Origin: Candidatus Tayloriibacteriota bacterium
GTDB taxonomy: Bacteria; Patescibacteriota; Minisyncoccia; Phycocordibacterales; PALSA-1337
Direction: 5' to 3'
Length of the DNA stretch: 64,000 bases
NCBI GenBank assembly: GCA_003151615.1
Contig: PLXZ01000001.1
Location: forward strand, 67,795-131,794
Part shown: positions 1 through 9,453 of the stretch, piece after piece
How positions within the stretch are numbered: position 1 is the stretch's first letter
Layout of the letters: every line of letters begins with the position of its first letter
The notes under the pieces: model-generated
Told to the model about the DNA's origin: nothing
Seen by the model: only the letters and a program-made list of their open reading frames with translations
Databases searched by the model: none
Position numbers and translations under genes: made by a program

Positions 1-252
1 GGTGAAAGAAATATTCCGCAAAGCAATTGAATTTCTGCGATGGGACAAAATGACGATTACTTCGAGGATAAACCAATACCAGTGACTCGCCATGCCGCCC
101 CACTGTGCAATCCACATTGGTGCGGGCATGACAATATAGGCATACAGAAATATCACCACTCCGAATGTTAAGACGATTGTCGGAACGAATTTGACGATTG
201 AAAATTTCTCCCCAACCGTCTGCGGAATTTCTTCCGCAGTTTCATTTTTCAT
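1..252 (-). CDS. Membrane protein, partial (runs off the window start)
   Basis: ATG at 252, open to position 1: MKNETAEEIPQ...VPTIVLTFGVVIFLYAYIV...WYWFILEVIVIL, with two hydrophobic segments. Confidence 0.6.
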   Translation of the reverse strand, partial: MKNETAEEIPQTVGEKFSIVKFVPTIVLTFGVVIFLYAYIVMPAPMWIAQWGGMASHWYWFILEVIVILSHRRNSIALRNISFT

Positions 253-347
253 ATGAATTTGGGTTGAGTTGTTAGAGTTTGTTTTACAAAGAACGGATCG
301 AAATCCGAAGTAAGTATAACACGCACGTTCGCCACATTTGCACAAAA

Positions 348-375
348 AAAGAGGCCTCCGTTAGAAGGCCTCTTT
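348..375 (-). terminator. Intrinsic terminator after the 414-1907 gene
   Basis: AAAGAGGCCT-N8-AGGCCTCTTT inverted repeat with an A-tract on the + strand (U-tract on -). Confidence 0.7.
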
Positions 376-413
376 GCGTGACACTTTTGTTTCAGTGTCT
401 CTGAACTGCAGGA

Positions 414-1907
414 TCAGAAACGACGAACGGTTTTTTCGGGCCGTTCTTCGCTCTTCTCCGCACCGACGTTTTCGAGCACTGCAGCGAGATCCGGAATGAG
501 TTGCGCAGGAGTTTTTTCCTCCGATTTGTTCCGGTGTTTTTCCTCACGCATTGCCGCCTTGATTTGGGCAACTTTTTTCGGGTTCATTATGATACACCGA
601 TCGTTGCACCACATCTTGACGTAGCCCGGATCAAACGCGTATTTGATCGCCTCGATCAACGCCTGCATGGCGATTGTTGAGGCTTTTGCCGGATGCGTCA
701 GCGAACCGTTGTAAACCGCCTCGGCAACCTTGTGGTAGTGGATGCCTTCCACGTCCGGATGGTCACCCGCACAACCTAGCGCCTGCCAATCCGCCTTTGC
801 CTTTTGATCGGCCGGCAGACTCAGCCAACGGATCATGCGGACCAGATTCGCTAGAGACAAGCCCTGGTCGTTGAACACCCGTTTGTCGGTGAAGATTTGG
901 AAATTCCCTTCGGAATTCCGGACCAAAACAATATGATTGCCGAGCATACGCGCCGCTTTCGAGGCTTGAAGCGCGTCTGATTTGCAAACAAGGAGTTTAA
1001 TGATGTCCTTCCGGTTATAGAGGAGAGCCCTCACTTCAACCGGCTTCACTTTCTTGAGTTCTTCGATAACCGCCTGAAATTCCACAATGTCATTCTTCAG
1101 GCAGGCCAGGTAAAACTCGAACTGGGGCTCGACAACTTTTTTGTAGTCGTGAGGCGCACGGAACAGAGCCTTGATCACAAATGAAAACTCCGTCACGAGG
1201 TTGCCCTCGTTTTTGGCGCTTTCCCCGACAAGCTGTCCGATCCTGCTGACGACGCGCTGCATAGCCTTCAATTCCTCGTCAGCCTGCAACGCTTCCGCCC
1301 ACATAACCTTCAATGACTTTTCATCGGAGTTTTGGGCATAACGCAGGCGTTCGAGGTTGATGATCGCAATCACGGCAGTCGAGACGGTGCTGAACACAAC
1401 GTATGAATCCTTCTTCAGACTGCGATAGCCCACTTTCATGAGTTCCGCAAGCTGGGTCGGGGTATTGGTCGCATTCATGTCGCCTTCGAGAGTTTCGGCC
1501 AGAAGTTTTTTCAGTTCCGGCCTGTTCTCAATCCCGAGATATTTCGCAGCGAGTGTCGCCGCGCATTTCCCCTTGATCCGGCCGTTTTTAATGCCATCGC
1601 GATGTTCATCGAAACGGCCCTTGCAAACGCCGATGGGAAGTTCTCCGTTTTTGTCCCATTCGCTTTCGATGCCGACGATGTCGGCCTCGACGAAACGGAG
1701 TTGCGCTTTTCCGATTCCCGGAAACAAGGCCTCGCCATACATGCGAAGTATTGTGACCGCGACAACCTCATCGAGATGCGGTTGCTGGTGCAAAATGATC
1801 GTGTTGATCGGAATTGCTATTTTGGGCGCCGGTGTTTGGGTTGTTGCTGATGTTGTTTGTGCTGCTGGTGCCGTGCTGTCATTTTCTGTTTTTGTGCTCG
1901 AGTTCAT
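414..1907 (-). CDS. Hypothetical protein with an N-terminal DHH/MYG1-like metallophosphoesterase domain
   Basis: 497 aa ORF; HQQPHLDE, GRFDEH and CAATL motifs resemble the MYG1/DHH HxDE...FDHH...SAxxL pattern. Confidence 0.5.
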   Translation of the reverse strand: MNSSTKTENDSTAPAAQTTSATTQTPAPKIAIPINTIILHQQPHLDEVVAVTILRMYGEALFPGIGKAQLRFVEADIVGIESEWDKNGELPIGVCKGRFDEHRDGIKNGRIKGKCAATLAAKYLGIENRPELKKLLAETLEGDMNATNTPTQLAELMKVGYRSLKKDSYVVFSTVSTAVIAIINLERLRYAQNSDEKSLKVMWAEALQADEELKAMQRVVSRIGQLVGESAKNEGNLVTEFSFVIKALFRAPHDYKKVVEPQFEFYLACLKNDIVEFQAVIEELKKVKPVEVRALLYNRKDIIKLLVCKSDALQASKAARMLGNHIVLVRNSEGNFQIFTDKRVFNDQGLSLANLVRMIRWLSLPADQKAKADWQALGCAGDHPDVEGIHYHKVAEAVYNGSLTHPAKASTIAMQALIEAIKYAFDPGYVKMWCNDRCIIMNPKKVAQIKAAMREEKHRNKSEEKTPAQLIPDLAAVLENVGAEKSEERPEKTVRRF

Positions 1908-2108
1908 TTAAGAACCTTTCGTTTTGTAGAGGCCGATAAGCCCCGGAGTTTGTGTTTTTTGTTTACTGTTTTACTTTCTGCAGTCCAATTTTCAAAGGAC
2001 ACTTACCAGGCCTTATTATAGCACATTTATAGCCTAAAAGTCAATAGTGCTAAATGGGTCTATTTTAAGTAGTATCAACGACAGAAACCCCAGAAAATAG
2101 GCTTTATT

Positions 2109-2396
2109 ATGATAAAAACACGCATCAACCTCGTTCTTTCGAAAGACGGCTGGGAACAGGAAATCAAGTCGGCGAAAATCTCCCCTCGCACGCAAAACCT
2201 GCTCATTTTGGCCATTCGGGCCCGGCGCGCAGGAAAAAAGACAATCGGTTACCCACAAATTGATCCCGCGCGGTTCGAAGACATCCTGCTCTACGAAATC
2301 GAAAGTATCGTCTTTGACGGAAAACACCTGGCCTTGGAATTAAAACTTGACCGGAACAACAGGTATATGTGCCTGCGTCGGACCCGTGCACCCTAG
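2109..2396 (+). CDS. Hypothetical protein
   Basis: 95 aa ORF with an AT-rich upstream region and a terminator-like sequence after the stop. Confidence 0.45.
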   Translation: MIKTRINLVLSKDGWEQEIKSAKISPRTQNLLILAIRARRAGKKTIGYPQIDPARFEDILLYEIESIVFDGKHLALELKLDRNNRYMCLRRTRAP

Positions 2397-2436
2397 TGCA
2401 TGCAGTCCGGCTTTTTTTATTGTATAATTCTGGGAT

Positions 2437-2898
2437 ATGACGGAACCTATCATCGGATGGAATGCGCCCGAGCATTACTACTACGAAAAAAGTTCGGACT
2501 GGTATTGGGCGGTCGGCATCATCGCCGCGACGGCGACGGCTCTCGCCCTCATTTTCGGCCAGGTTATTTTTGGCATTTTTATCGTCGTTGCGACAATTAC
2601 ACTTTGCCTGCACGCGGGAATGAAACCGCGCATCGTCCGCTACGAAATCAATGACCGCGGGATTGCGATCAACGATGTGCTCTACCCTTTTCTCACCCTC
2701 GAATCATTTTGGATCGACACACTCCATCCCGAGCCGAAAATTTTGCTCAAATCAAGCAAGATGTTCATGACATATATTTCCGTGCCAATTGAAGAAGTCG
2801 ATCCCGAAGACGTGCGCACTGTTTTGTTGCGCTACATCGCCGAGACCGAACACGTCGAGCCTTTTTCGCAAAAACTGCTCGAAATCTTGGGCTTTTAA
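2437..2898 (+). CDS. CPR-type two-TM membrane protein (W.APE..YYEK...WY; DUF5673/PH-like C-terminus)
   Basis: 153 aa, two TM helices, then YEINDRGI...YPF..LESFWI; TATAAT shortly upstream of the ATG. Confidence 0.7.
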   Translation: MTEPIIGWNAPEHYYYEKSSDWYWAVGIIAATATALALIFGQVIFGIFIVVATITLCLHAGMKPRIVRYEINDRGIAINDVLYPFLTLESFWIDTLHPEPKILLKSSKMFMTYISVPIEEVDPEDVRTVLLRYIAETEHVEPFSQKLLEILGF

Positions 2899-2976
2899 AA
2901 AAAGTATGGTACTGTGTGCGGGCGTCGGGGATTCACACTCGGCGCAATTTCGTAAACAAATTCGTAAACAAAAATC

Positions 2977-3048
2977 GCTCTTGTCGTTCAATGGATAGGA
3001 CACTCCCCTGCGAAGGGAGAAATGCAGGTTCGATTCCTGCCGGGGGCA
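2977..3048 (+). tRNA. tRNA-Arg, anticodon GCG (CCA not encoded)
   Basis: Acceptor stem GCTCTTG/CGGGGGC; D-arm with TGG; anticodon stem CTCCC/GGGAG with loop CT-GCG-AA; T-arm GCAGG-TTCGATT-CCTGC. Confidence 0.95.
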
Positions 3049-3129
3049 CACGCTAGTGCTAAGTCAAGTGACCTAGCAACCCTATGACTCAGACAGTTGA
3101 AAATCGTCCGCGTCAAGGTTCAGTTAAAG

Positions 3130-3162
3130 CAAAATATCACTCAATAATTGAGTGATATTTTG
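3130..3162. repeat. Perfect 16-bp inverted repeat with a 1-nt spacer
   Basis: CAAAATATCACTCAAT-A-ATTGAGTGATATTTTG. Confidence 0.85.
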
Positions 3163-3271
3163 TTAAAAGATCGATCATATGGTGATTATAAGATGCATTT
3201 CGGAAATAAAAATAGCCCGGCAAGTTTTTGCTTGCAGGGCTGCGTCTTCCCGAGGGAAGTGTTGGACTGTT

Positions 3272-3664
3272 TTAGCAGTCCGAATGGGCGATCGGTCCAG
3301 CTTGACACTGGATCTGGACAAGCATCGGCTGTGCCGGTGGCGTTCCCACTACACCTTTACAGCAGTTGAAGAAACTGAGCTGCAAGCCGTGACAGAAGTG
3401 CTTCGACGCCAAAGCGCGGAGCGTATCACCAGCATGGATACGGGTAAGCATCTTGCCGATCTCTGATGCCGGATCTTCCAGCCAATCGGCACTTCCACCG
3501 TTCTTCTGGGCTTCATGAGCTTTGGTGTGGAGTATATCGAGCGCTGGCTTGAGGTCGCGGCGCATGGCACCGACGAGCACCTGTTCCTGTTGTTCGGGAG
3601 AGATTGCCTCGCCGAGATTGATACCCAATTCCTGGGCGACTGTCTTGATGGATGGTAACGACAT
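3272..3664 (-). CDS. SCO5389-like protein (Cys-containing, C-terminal DC)
   Basis: GKMLTRIHAGDTLRALASKHF...LSFFNCCK...QIQCQ...SDC resembles the actinobacterial SCO5389 family pattern (GQLLRALASDAIR...HF..RLAFQNCH...QSP...DC), recalled from memory; lies next to a CooC-like ATPase. Confidence 0.55.
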   Translation of the reverse strand: MSLPSIKTVAQELGINLGEAISPEQQEQVLVGAMRRDLKPALDILHTKAHEAQKNGGSADWLEDPASEIGKMLTRIHAGDTLRALASKHFCHGLQLSFFNCCKGVVGTPPAQPMLVQIQCQAGPIAHSDC

Positions 3665-3742
3665 AAAGAACTCCTTTTGTTGAATGAACTATTGCTAACC
3701 GCACCATGCGATCAGCGTTTAATTTTGCTCAAGTGAGCAGAA

Positions 3743-4435
3743 CTAAACGGTGACAACATTAAGTGGCCGTACTGCAAAGATAGCTTCTATGGCACGAGCA
3801 GTATCTATTTCTATCCCAGCATGTTTGTTATTGACAATGATGTGCGGAATATTTGTTAACCTTAATTCGCTTTTTATCTGTTCGGCGACACGAGCGCTGT
3901 TGACTGTCAGTTCCTGAACGATGACTGCTAAATCAACACCAGAGAGTATACCGGTCGCTACAGGATCAGTACCGGCGCGTTCGTCTATCACTACCACTTC
4001 ATTTTTATTGAGGTGAAGCAATGGCAAGTACACCTTGAGTGGAGCTGCGAGCGAATGGCTGCATGCTTCCTGGGAACGTACTCGATCCGTGTGAGGTCCG
4101 GCAGTTATAAGACGAAGACCATCCTCCAATTCAATTGATACGCTTGCAGTATATTGGTCGGCCGGGGTGAGGGCGAATACGATGTCGTGATCCTTTGCGA
4201 TTTTGAGTGCATTCAAATATGTGTCAGTTCGAGTTGAACCGACATGTTCCTTGATACGTTCGGGATCGTTACCCAAGAAAATGGCAGGCTCTGCTCCTAG
4301 GTTGTATGAAAGGTCCATATTGTGATCGGCATCTATAGCAAGTACACGTACCCCGCGTGCACGAAGCTCTTGGACGAATGCCGTCGCCATCGTCGATTTG
4401 CCTGACCCTCCTTTTCCCAAGAATGCTATTTTCAT
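3743..4435 (-). CDS. CooC/MinD-like P-loop ATPase (metal chaperone-like)
   Basis: MKIAFLGKGGSGKST deviant Walker A, IDADHN, ACSH metal-site motif, VVIDERAG. Confidence 0.8.
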   Translation of the reverse strand: MKIAFLGKGGSGKSTMATAFVQELRARGVRVLAIDADHNMDLSYNLGAEPAIFLGNDPERIKEHVGSTRTDTYLNALKIAKDHDIVFALTPADQYTASVSIELEDGLRLITAGPHTDRVRSQEACSHSLAAPLKVYLPLLHLNKNEVVVIDERAGTDPVATGILSGVDLAVIVQELTVNSARVAEQIKSELRLTNIPHIIVNNKHAGIEIDTARAIEAIFAVRPLNVVTV

Positions 4436-4499
4436 AGATGTAAGTAGTTTGCATCTATAATATACGCTATGCCATATATAATTGCAAATCGTTTACATT
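4434..4499. promoter_or_regulatory. Two Fur/Zur-type operator palindromes in the divergent promoter
   Basis: ATAGATGTAA-GTAGT-TTGCATCTAT (4434-4458) and AATTGCAA-ATCGT-TTACATT (4480-4499); shared TG(C/T)AA-N5-TT(G/A)CA consensus next to a Fur-family gene. Confidence 0.6.
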
Positions 4500-4516
4500 T
4501 GGTATATTATTACACC

Positions 4517-4933
4517 ATGAAAAAAGACTATTCACTCATGCTCAAAAAGGTAGGGCTTAAGATCACTCCGGCGCGACAACATATCCTCGAGGCTTTTTCC
4601 GCTGACTGCAAGCCGGTCAATGCGGAATACATCCATGAGAGACTCAAAGGAAAAGATATTAATCTCGTGACTATATACCGCACTTTTACGTCCCTTGAAA
4701 AGGTTGGCATCCTCAAGAGAGTCGACCTTCGAAAGGGTTCGGTATATTACGAACTGGCCGACCATCATCACCATCATGTTGTTTGTACCGAATGCGGTAA
4801 GACGGAAAGTTTTGAAGTATGCGATGTTGATAAAATATCCCAAGGCGTACTGCGAAAGTCTCCGCTTTTTGAAACCATCGACCAGCACTCACTTGAACTC
4901 TATGGTATGTGTAAATCTTGCTCCAAGGTCTAG
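4517..4933 (+). CDS. Fur-family transcriptional regulator (probably Zur)
   Basis: GLKITPAR, TIYRT, HHHHHVVCTECG, C-terminal CKSC; start re-assigned to the ATG at 4517. Confidence 0.9.
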   Translation: MKKDYSLMLKKVGLKITPARQHILEAFSADCKPVNAEYIHERLKGKDINLVTIYRTFTSLEKVGILKRVDLRKGSVYYELADHHHHHVVCTECGKTESFEVCDVDKISQGVLRKSPLFETIDQHSLELYGMCKSCSKV

Positions 4934-4941
4934 ATTCACAC

Positions 4942-6096
4942 ATGAAGAAATTACTGCCGATTTTTATACTAGGTCTCATCATATCGCAGCCACTCTTTGC
5001 ACATGCTCAACAGTCGACTCCAGATCAAATAACTATCGTAAAAGCCCAGGTGATAAAAGTTGTAAGCCAGCAAGTTGAAGCGGTTCCGGGTACTCCCGTC
5101 AAAGATACGGATCAGTCACTCAATGCAGAGATTCTCGAAGGTGCTCAAAAAGGTCAAACTATAATTGTCGATGATGATCGGGTAATTCTAAACCCAGGCG
5201 ATATTTTTTATTTGACGATTGATGTTAGCTCAGTCGATGGTTCTGTCACATACTCTATCTCTGATGCATACCGCCTACCGTGGCTTGAAGGCCTTGTCGG
5301 ACTTTTTATTGTCTGTGTCCTCATCTTTGGCGGCAAGCAGGGGTTCAGAGGTTTGATCGCACTTGCGATAAGTTTTCTGGCGATTGGATATATTTTATTT
5401 CCAGGAATACTCAATGGCTATTCTCCAGTCCTCATGAGTATCGGGGTGGCATCGGTGATGATTATTCTTGGCTCGTATATTACACATGGTTTTAACAAGG
5501 TAACAACTTCTGCAGTCATTGGAATGGTCGTGACCATTATAGTCACAGGTTTACTCGCGTATGTGTCAATCCACGGAGCAAAACTGACGGGATTTGCGAA
5601 CGATGAATCAGTATCTCTGAATATGAATACAAATGGAACGATAGATTTTGCAGGACTTCTTTTGGGAGGAATAATTATCGGACTCCTCGGCGTACTCTAT
5701 GATGCCTCTATCGGTCAAGCTGTGGCAGTCGATGAACTGAGTCATATCGGTCCGCACTTACCGCGTGTTGTCATATTTCGCAGGGCATTACGCATGGGAC
5801 GTGAACATATCGGTGCTCTCGTTAACATCCTTGCTATTGCCTATGTCGGTGCTTCATTGCCTTTACTTCTTCTTTTTTATCAATCATCGGCAAATTTCGG
5901 TATGACTGTCAACAGTGAGATTTTCGCCACTGAAATAGTCCGTGCGATGGTCGGTTCAATAGGACTGATCTTGGCAGTTCCCGTCACGACACTGATTGCA
6001 ATACTTATGCTTATGAATAAAAAAGATAGTCAGACTGATGCAACAGTTGTTGCAGGTGAACTACGTAAAGTTGAAGAATTGGAACATCATCACTGA
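4942..6096 (+). CDS. YibE/F family multi-pass membrane protein
   Basis: Signal peptide; GIIIGLLGVLYD, GREHIGALVNILAIAYVGASLPLLL and EIVRAMVGSIGLILAVP motifs; C-terminal HHH. Confidence 0.85.
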   Translation: MKKLLPIFILGLIISQPLFAHAQQSTPDQITIVKAQVIKVVSQQVEAVPGTPVKDTDQSLNAEILEGAQKGQTIIVDDDRVILNPGDIFYLTIDVSSVDGSVTYSISDAYRLPWLEGLVGLFIVCVLIFGGKQGFRGLIALAISFLAIGYILFPGILNGYSPVLMSIGVASVMIILGSYITHGFNKVTTSAVIGMVVTIIVTGLLAYVSIHGAKLTGFANDESVSLNMNTNGTIDFAGLLLGGIIIGLLGVLYDASIGQAVAVDELSHIGPHLPRVVIFRRALRMGREHIGALVNILAIAYVGASLPLLLLFYQSSANFGMTVNSEIFATEIVRAMVGSIGLILAVPVTTLIAILMLMNKKDSQTDATVVAGELRKVEELEHHH

Positions 6097-6173
6097 TCGG
6101 GTCTACTACTGTAGCGATATTTCCCTATCCTTAAAGAGGGTGGAAAAACTCTCATACTTTGGGCAAATGTTAA

Positions 6174-6359
6174 TTATTTCCATCGATAAAGATGCACGGC
6201 AATATACATGGCGAGCATCCCAATCCAGAAGCCTCCGCACACTGTGACAACATCATGGAAGGGTGTCCAGATGACCCCAAACCATGAGAGCATTAGAATA
6301 ATTGCCCATACGACAGCGGCACCGATCACATATACATATAAAGGTCTTTTTTCTAGCAT
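6174..6359 (-). CDS. Small two-TM membrane protein
   Basis: 61 aa with two hydrophobic helices. Confidence 0.6.
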   Translation of the reverse strand: MLEKRPLYVYVIGAAVVWAIILMLSWFGVIWTPFHDVVTVCGGFWIGMLAMYIAVHLYRWK

Positions 6360-6473
6360 GGATTTTATTTATGTTTGAAGGTAACCCCTAGAGGGACTTA
6401 TCTCACAGTAGACGTGACACTTCGCATGCCATTACATAGACACCGAAAGTATACCAAGAAAGTTCGATTCCTG

Positions 6474-7554
<1,081 letters not shown>

Positions 7555-7556
7555 AT

Positions 7557-7907
7557 ATGAATGAATTAGACATACCCATCTTCAAAAAAAGTTACGATCT
7601 CTACAAAGATTTCTATAACCTGCGCCTATCCGTTCCCAAGCAAGACCGCTATACGCTTTGGCAGAAATGCGAAAGCCTACTGATTGAAGTTTTGGAAGGC
7701 ATCCTTCTCGCAAGTCAGCAGTCAAAGTCGGAAAAACTACCGACCCTAGAAAAGACGAGCGTCAAGTTGAATTTCCTTCGAGTCTGTATCCGCCTCATGA
7801 AAGACATTAAGGCGATTGACTCCAAGAAATATATCATCATCGAAGCGAATCTCGACGAAATCGGGAGAATGCTCGGGGGATGGATACGGTCAACAAAGGA
7901 GCGTTAA
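7557..7907 (+). CDS. avd: DGR accessory variability determinant (Avd, four-helix bundle)
   Basis: 116 aa: IPIFKKSYDL...PKQDRYTL...EIGRMLGGW, the bAvd signature; lies between RT and TR. Confidence 0.9.
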   Translation: MNELDIPIFKKSYDLYKDFYNLRLSVPKQDRYTLWQKCESLLIEVLEGILLASQQSKSEKLPTLEKTSVKLNFLRVCIRLMKDIKAIDSKKYIIIEANLDEIGRMLGGWIRSTKER

Positions 7908-7908
7908 C

Positions 7909-7939
7909 AGAAACTTCCGCTTTTGTGGCGGAAGTTTCT
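7909..7939. terminator. 12-bp hairpin between the avd stop and the 3' side of TR
   Basis: AGAAACTTCCGC-TTTTGTG-GCGGAAGTTTCT. Confidence 0.6.
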
Positions 7940-7957
7940 TTGGATAGAGTTTGACTG

Positions 7958-8072
7958 CCTGGCAGCCGAAACACCGATATTGTCGTTGCGATTGTCGTCG
8001 TTCCAGTTGTTGACGTTGAGACCTGTGGAATCGAAGTTGCCGACGTTGACGTGGTTACCGTCCGAATCGAGA
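7958..8072 (-). ncRNA. DGR template repeat (TR)
   Basis: 115-bp ungapped match to 8428-8542; all 15 mismatches are at TR adenines (T on +); 10 AAC/AAT codons in the target frame. Confidence 0.97.
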
Positions 8073-8353
8073 TATTGCCCGTTCCCGTCCGCGTCACCGA
8101 GAATCGAGGTTTACTAGCTTTTCAGCTCTATATCCTCTCATCCCTGAATTGTATTCGAGAGCAGTTTTTTCAAAACACCTCCTCTAAAAACGGGCAAGAA
8201 GTTCTCTCTATCCTTAATCGCGCTCTGCCGTGATCCGTAAACCACTGGCACTCCGGCGATATCTCAAGGCGAGATATCTCGCGAGCTTGAACCGTGATCC
8301 AAGCTACAGTAGCAAGATGGAAATATCATATCGTTTTTTGTATATAAAAGAAA

Positions 8354-8383
8354 GAGCCTCCGCGAAAAAATTCGCGGAGGCTC
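8354..8383 (-). terminator. Intrinsic terminator after the DGR target gene
   Basis: GAGCCTCCGCGAA-AAAA-TTCGCGGAGGCTC (13-bp stem) followed by a U-rich run on the - strand. Confidence 0.8.
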
Positions 8384-8393
8384 AAGTGTTCAA

Positions 8394-8408
8394 GAGGGAC
8401 AAGCCCTC
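8394..8408 (-). promoter_or_regulatory. Candidate DGR target-recognition hairpin downstream of VR/IMH
   Basis: GAGGG-CTTGT-CCCTC, 13 nt after the target stop; absent downstream of TR. Confidence 0.5.
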
Positions 8409-8421
8409 AAGGGATCAAGAA

Positions 8422-9225
8422 TCACTTCCTGGCAGCCGAAACACCGAGAGAGTCGTGGCGACTGTCGTCGTACCAGTGGCTGACGTAGAGACCTGTGGAA
8501 TCGAAGCGGCCGACGCGGACGCGGTAACCGTCCGAATCGAGACTGGACGTCCGAACGTAAACGCCTTCGAAGAGTCGGACACCACGAACCTCGAAATAGG
8601 TCGTGATGAACCAGCTCATCTCGGCAGCGTTCGGCACCTTCTCGAGTGCGGAGAGAAGCTTGTTCTGCTCGTTCCAGTTTTTGCTGGTCGAGTTCGAAAC
8701 AGGCGTCTTCTTGATCAGGAGCCAGCCGAAGGACGTCTTGTCCTCGCGGGCGAACTTCTGATCGGCATACCATCCACCAGTCTTCGAGTAGAAGTGGGCG
8801 GACTGGATCTCCCGAACGTCGAGCGTGGAGCACGCTTGCGGCGGTGCAGGCATGACGGCGTAACCGTTGTCCTTGCACCACTTGAGAATGTCCTCCGACG
8901 GCAGACTTTCAGCGAGTGCCGTGATCTGTTCGACGGTGTAAACGATGCTCGGGCGAGCCTTGGTGACTTCCTCGGGCGTAATGAAATCCGCGCCGAGGAT
9001 TGACTGAGCCAGACCGTAGTCGGGCGCTTTCGCTCCGAAGCGACGGATGCCTTCTGCGAGATACACGGCGAAGCCGGGATGCTCGTTCAGGATCTGTGCG
9101 CTTTCGTCGTTGAGTCCCGCCTTGTTGTATTGGGCGCGGAACGTTTCGGTAGCTCTCTGTCCTTTCGGACTGTCTGCGGTTACCAGTGCAGACGTGTTCA
9201 ATGTTTTCATCGACATCATCTCCAT
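8422..9225 (-). CDS. DGR target protein with a C-terminal variable region (CLec-like end)
   Basis: 267 aa; the final ~38 codons are the VR, ending ...DSLGVSAARK; no signal peptide or TM segment. Confidence 0.92.
   Translation of the reverse strand: MEMMSMKTLNTSALVTADSPKGQRATETFRAQYNKAGLNDESAQILNEHPGFAVYLAEGIRRFGAKAPDYGLAQSILGADFITPEEVTKARPSIVYTVEQITALAESLPSEDILKWCKDNGYAVMPAPPQACSTLDVREIQSAHFYSKTGGWYADQKFAREDKTSFGWLLIKKTPVSNSTSKNWNEQNKLLSALEKVPNAAEMSWFITTYFEVRGVRLFEGVYVRTSSLDSDGYRVRVGRFDSTGLYVSHWYDDSRHDSLGVSAARK
8428..8542 (-). repeat. DGR variable repeat (VR)
   Basis: VR LDSDGYRVRVGRFDSTGLYVSHWYDDSRHDSLGVSAAR vs TR LDSDGNHVNVGNFDSTGLNVNNWNDDNRNDNIGVSAAR. Confidence 0.97.
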
Positions 9226-9453
9226 TTGCTGATTTACCGAGAACGCTCGGAACGACTTGCCTCAGTTTGAGACGAGCTTTCTAGGCCCTGATTTAAGGCT
9301 CAAAAAGCTCGTCTCAATGTCTATTGAATCTTGAATTACAAGGAACTTTACAGCTCGATAATAACATATTTGAGTAGCAAAGTCAATGGTTTGGGCATCT
9401 AGCTACTGTAGCAAGAGTATTTTTGAGTTCGAACTTGTGATATGCTTTGGGGT

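Noticed and set aside
2949-2972. Tandem TTCGTAAACAAA x2 upstream of tRNA-Arg
   Set aside because: Only two units with no spacers; not a CRISPR array, probably a local duplication.
7837-8097. 86-aa ORF over the TR
   Set aside because: Thr/Ser-rich alternative-frame reading of the AAC-rich template repeat; no sign it is a real gene.
8230-9003. 257-aa + strand ORF
   Set aside because: Antisense shadow of the DGR target gene, crossing its terminator.
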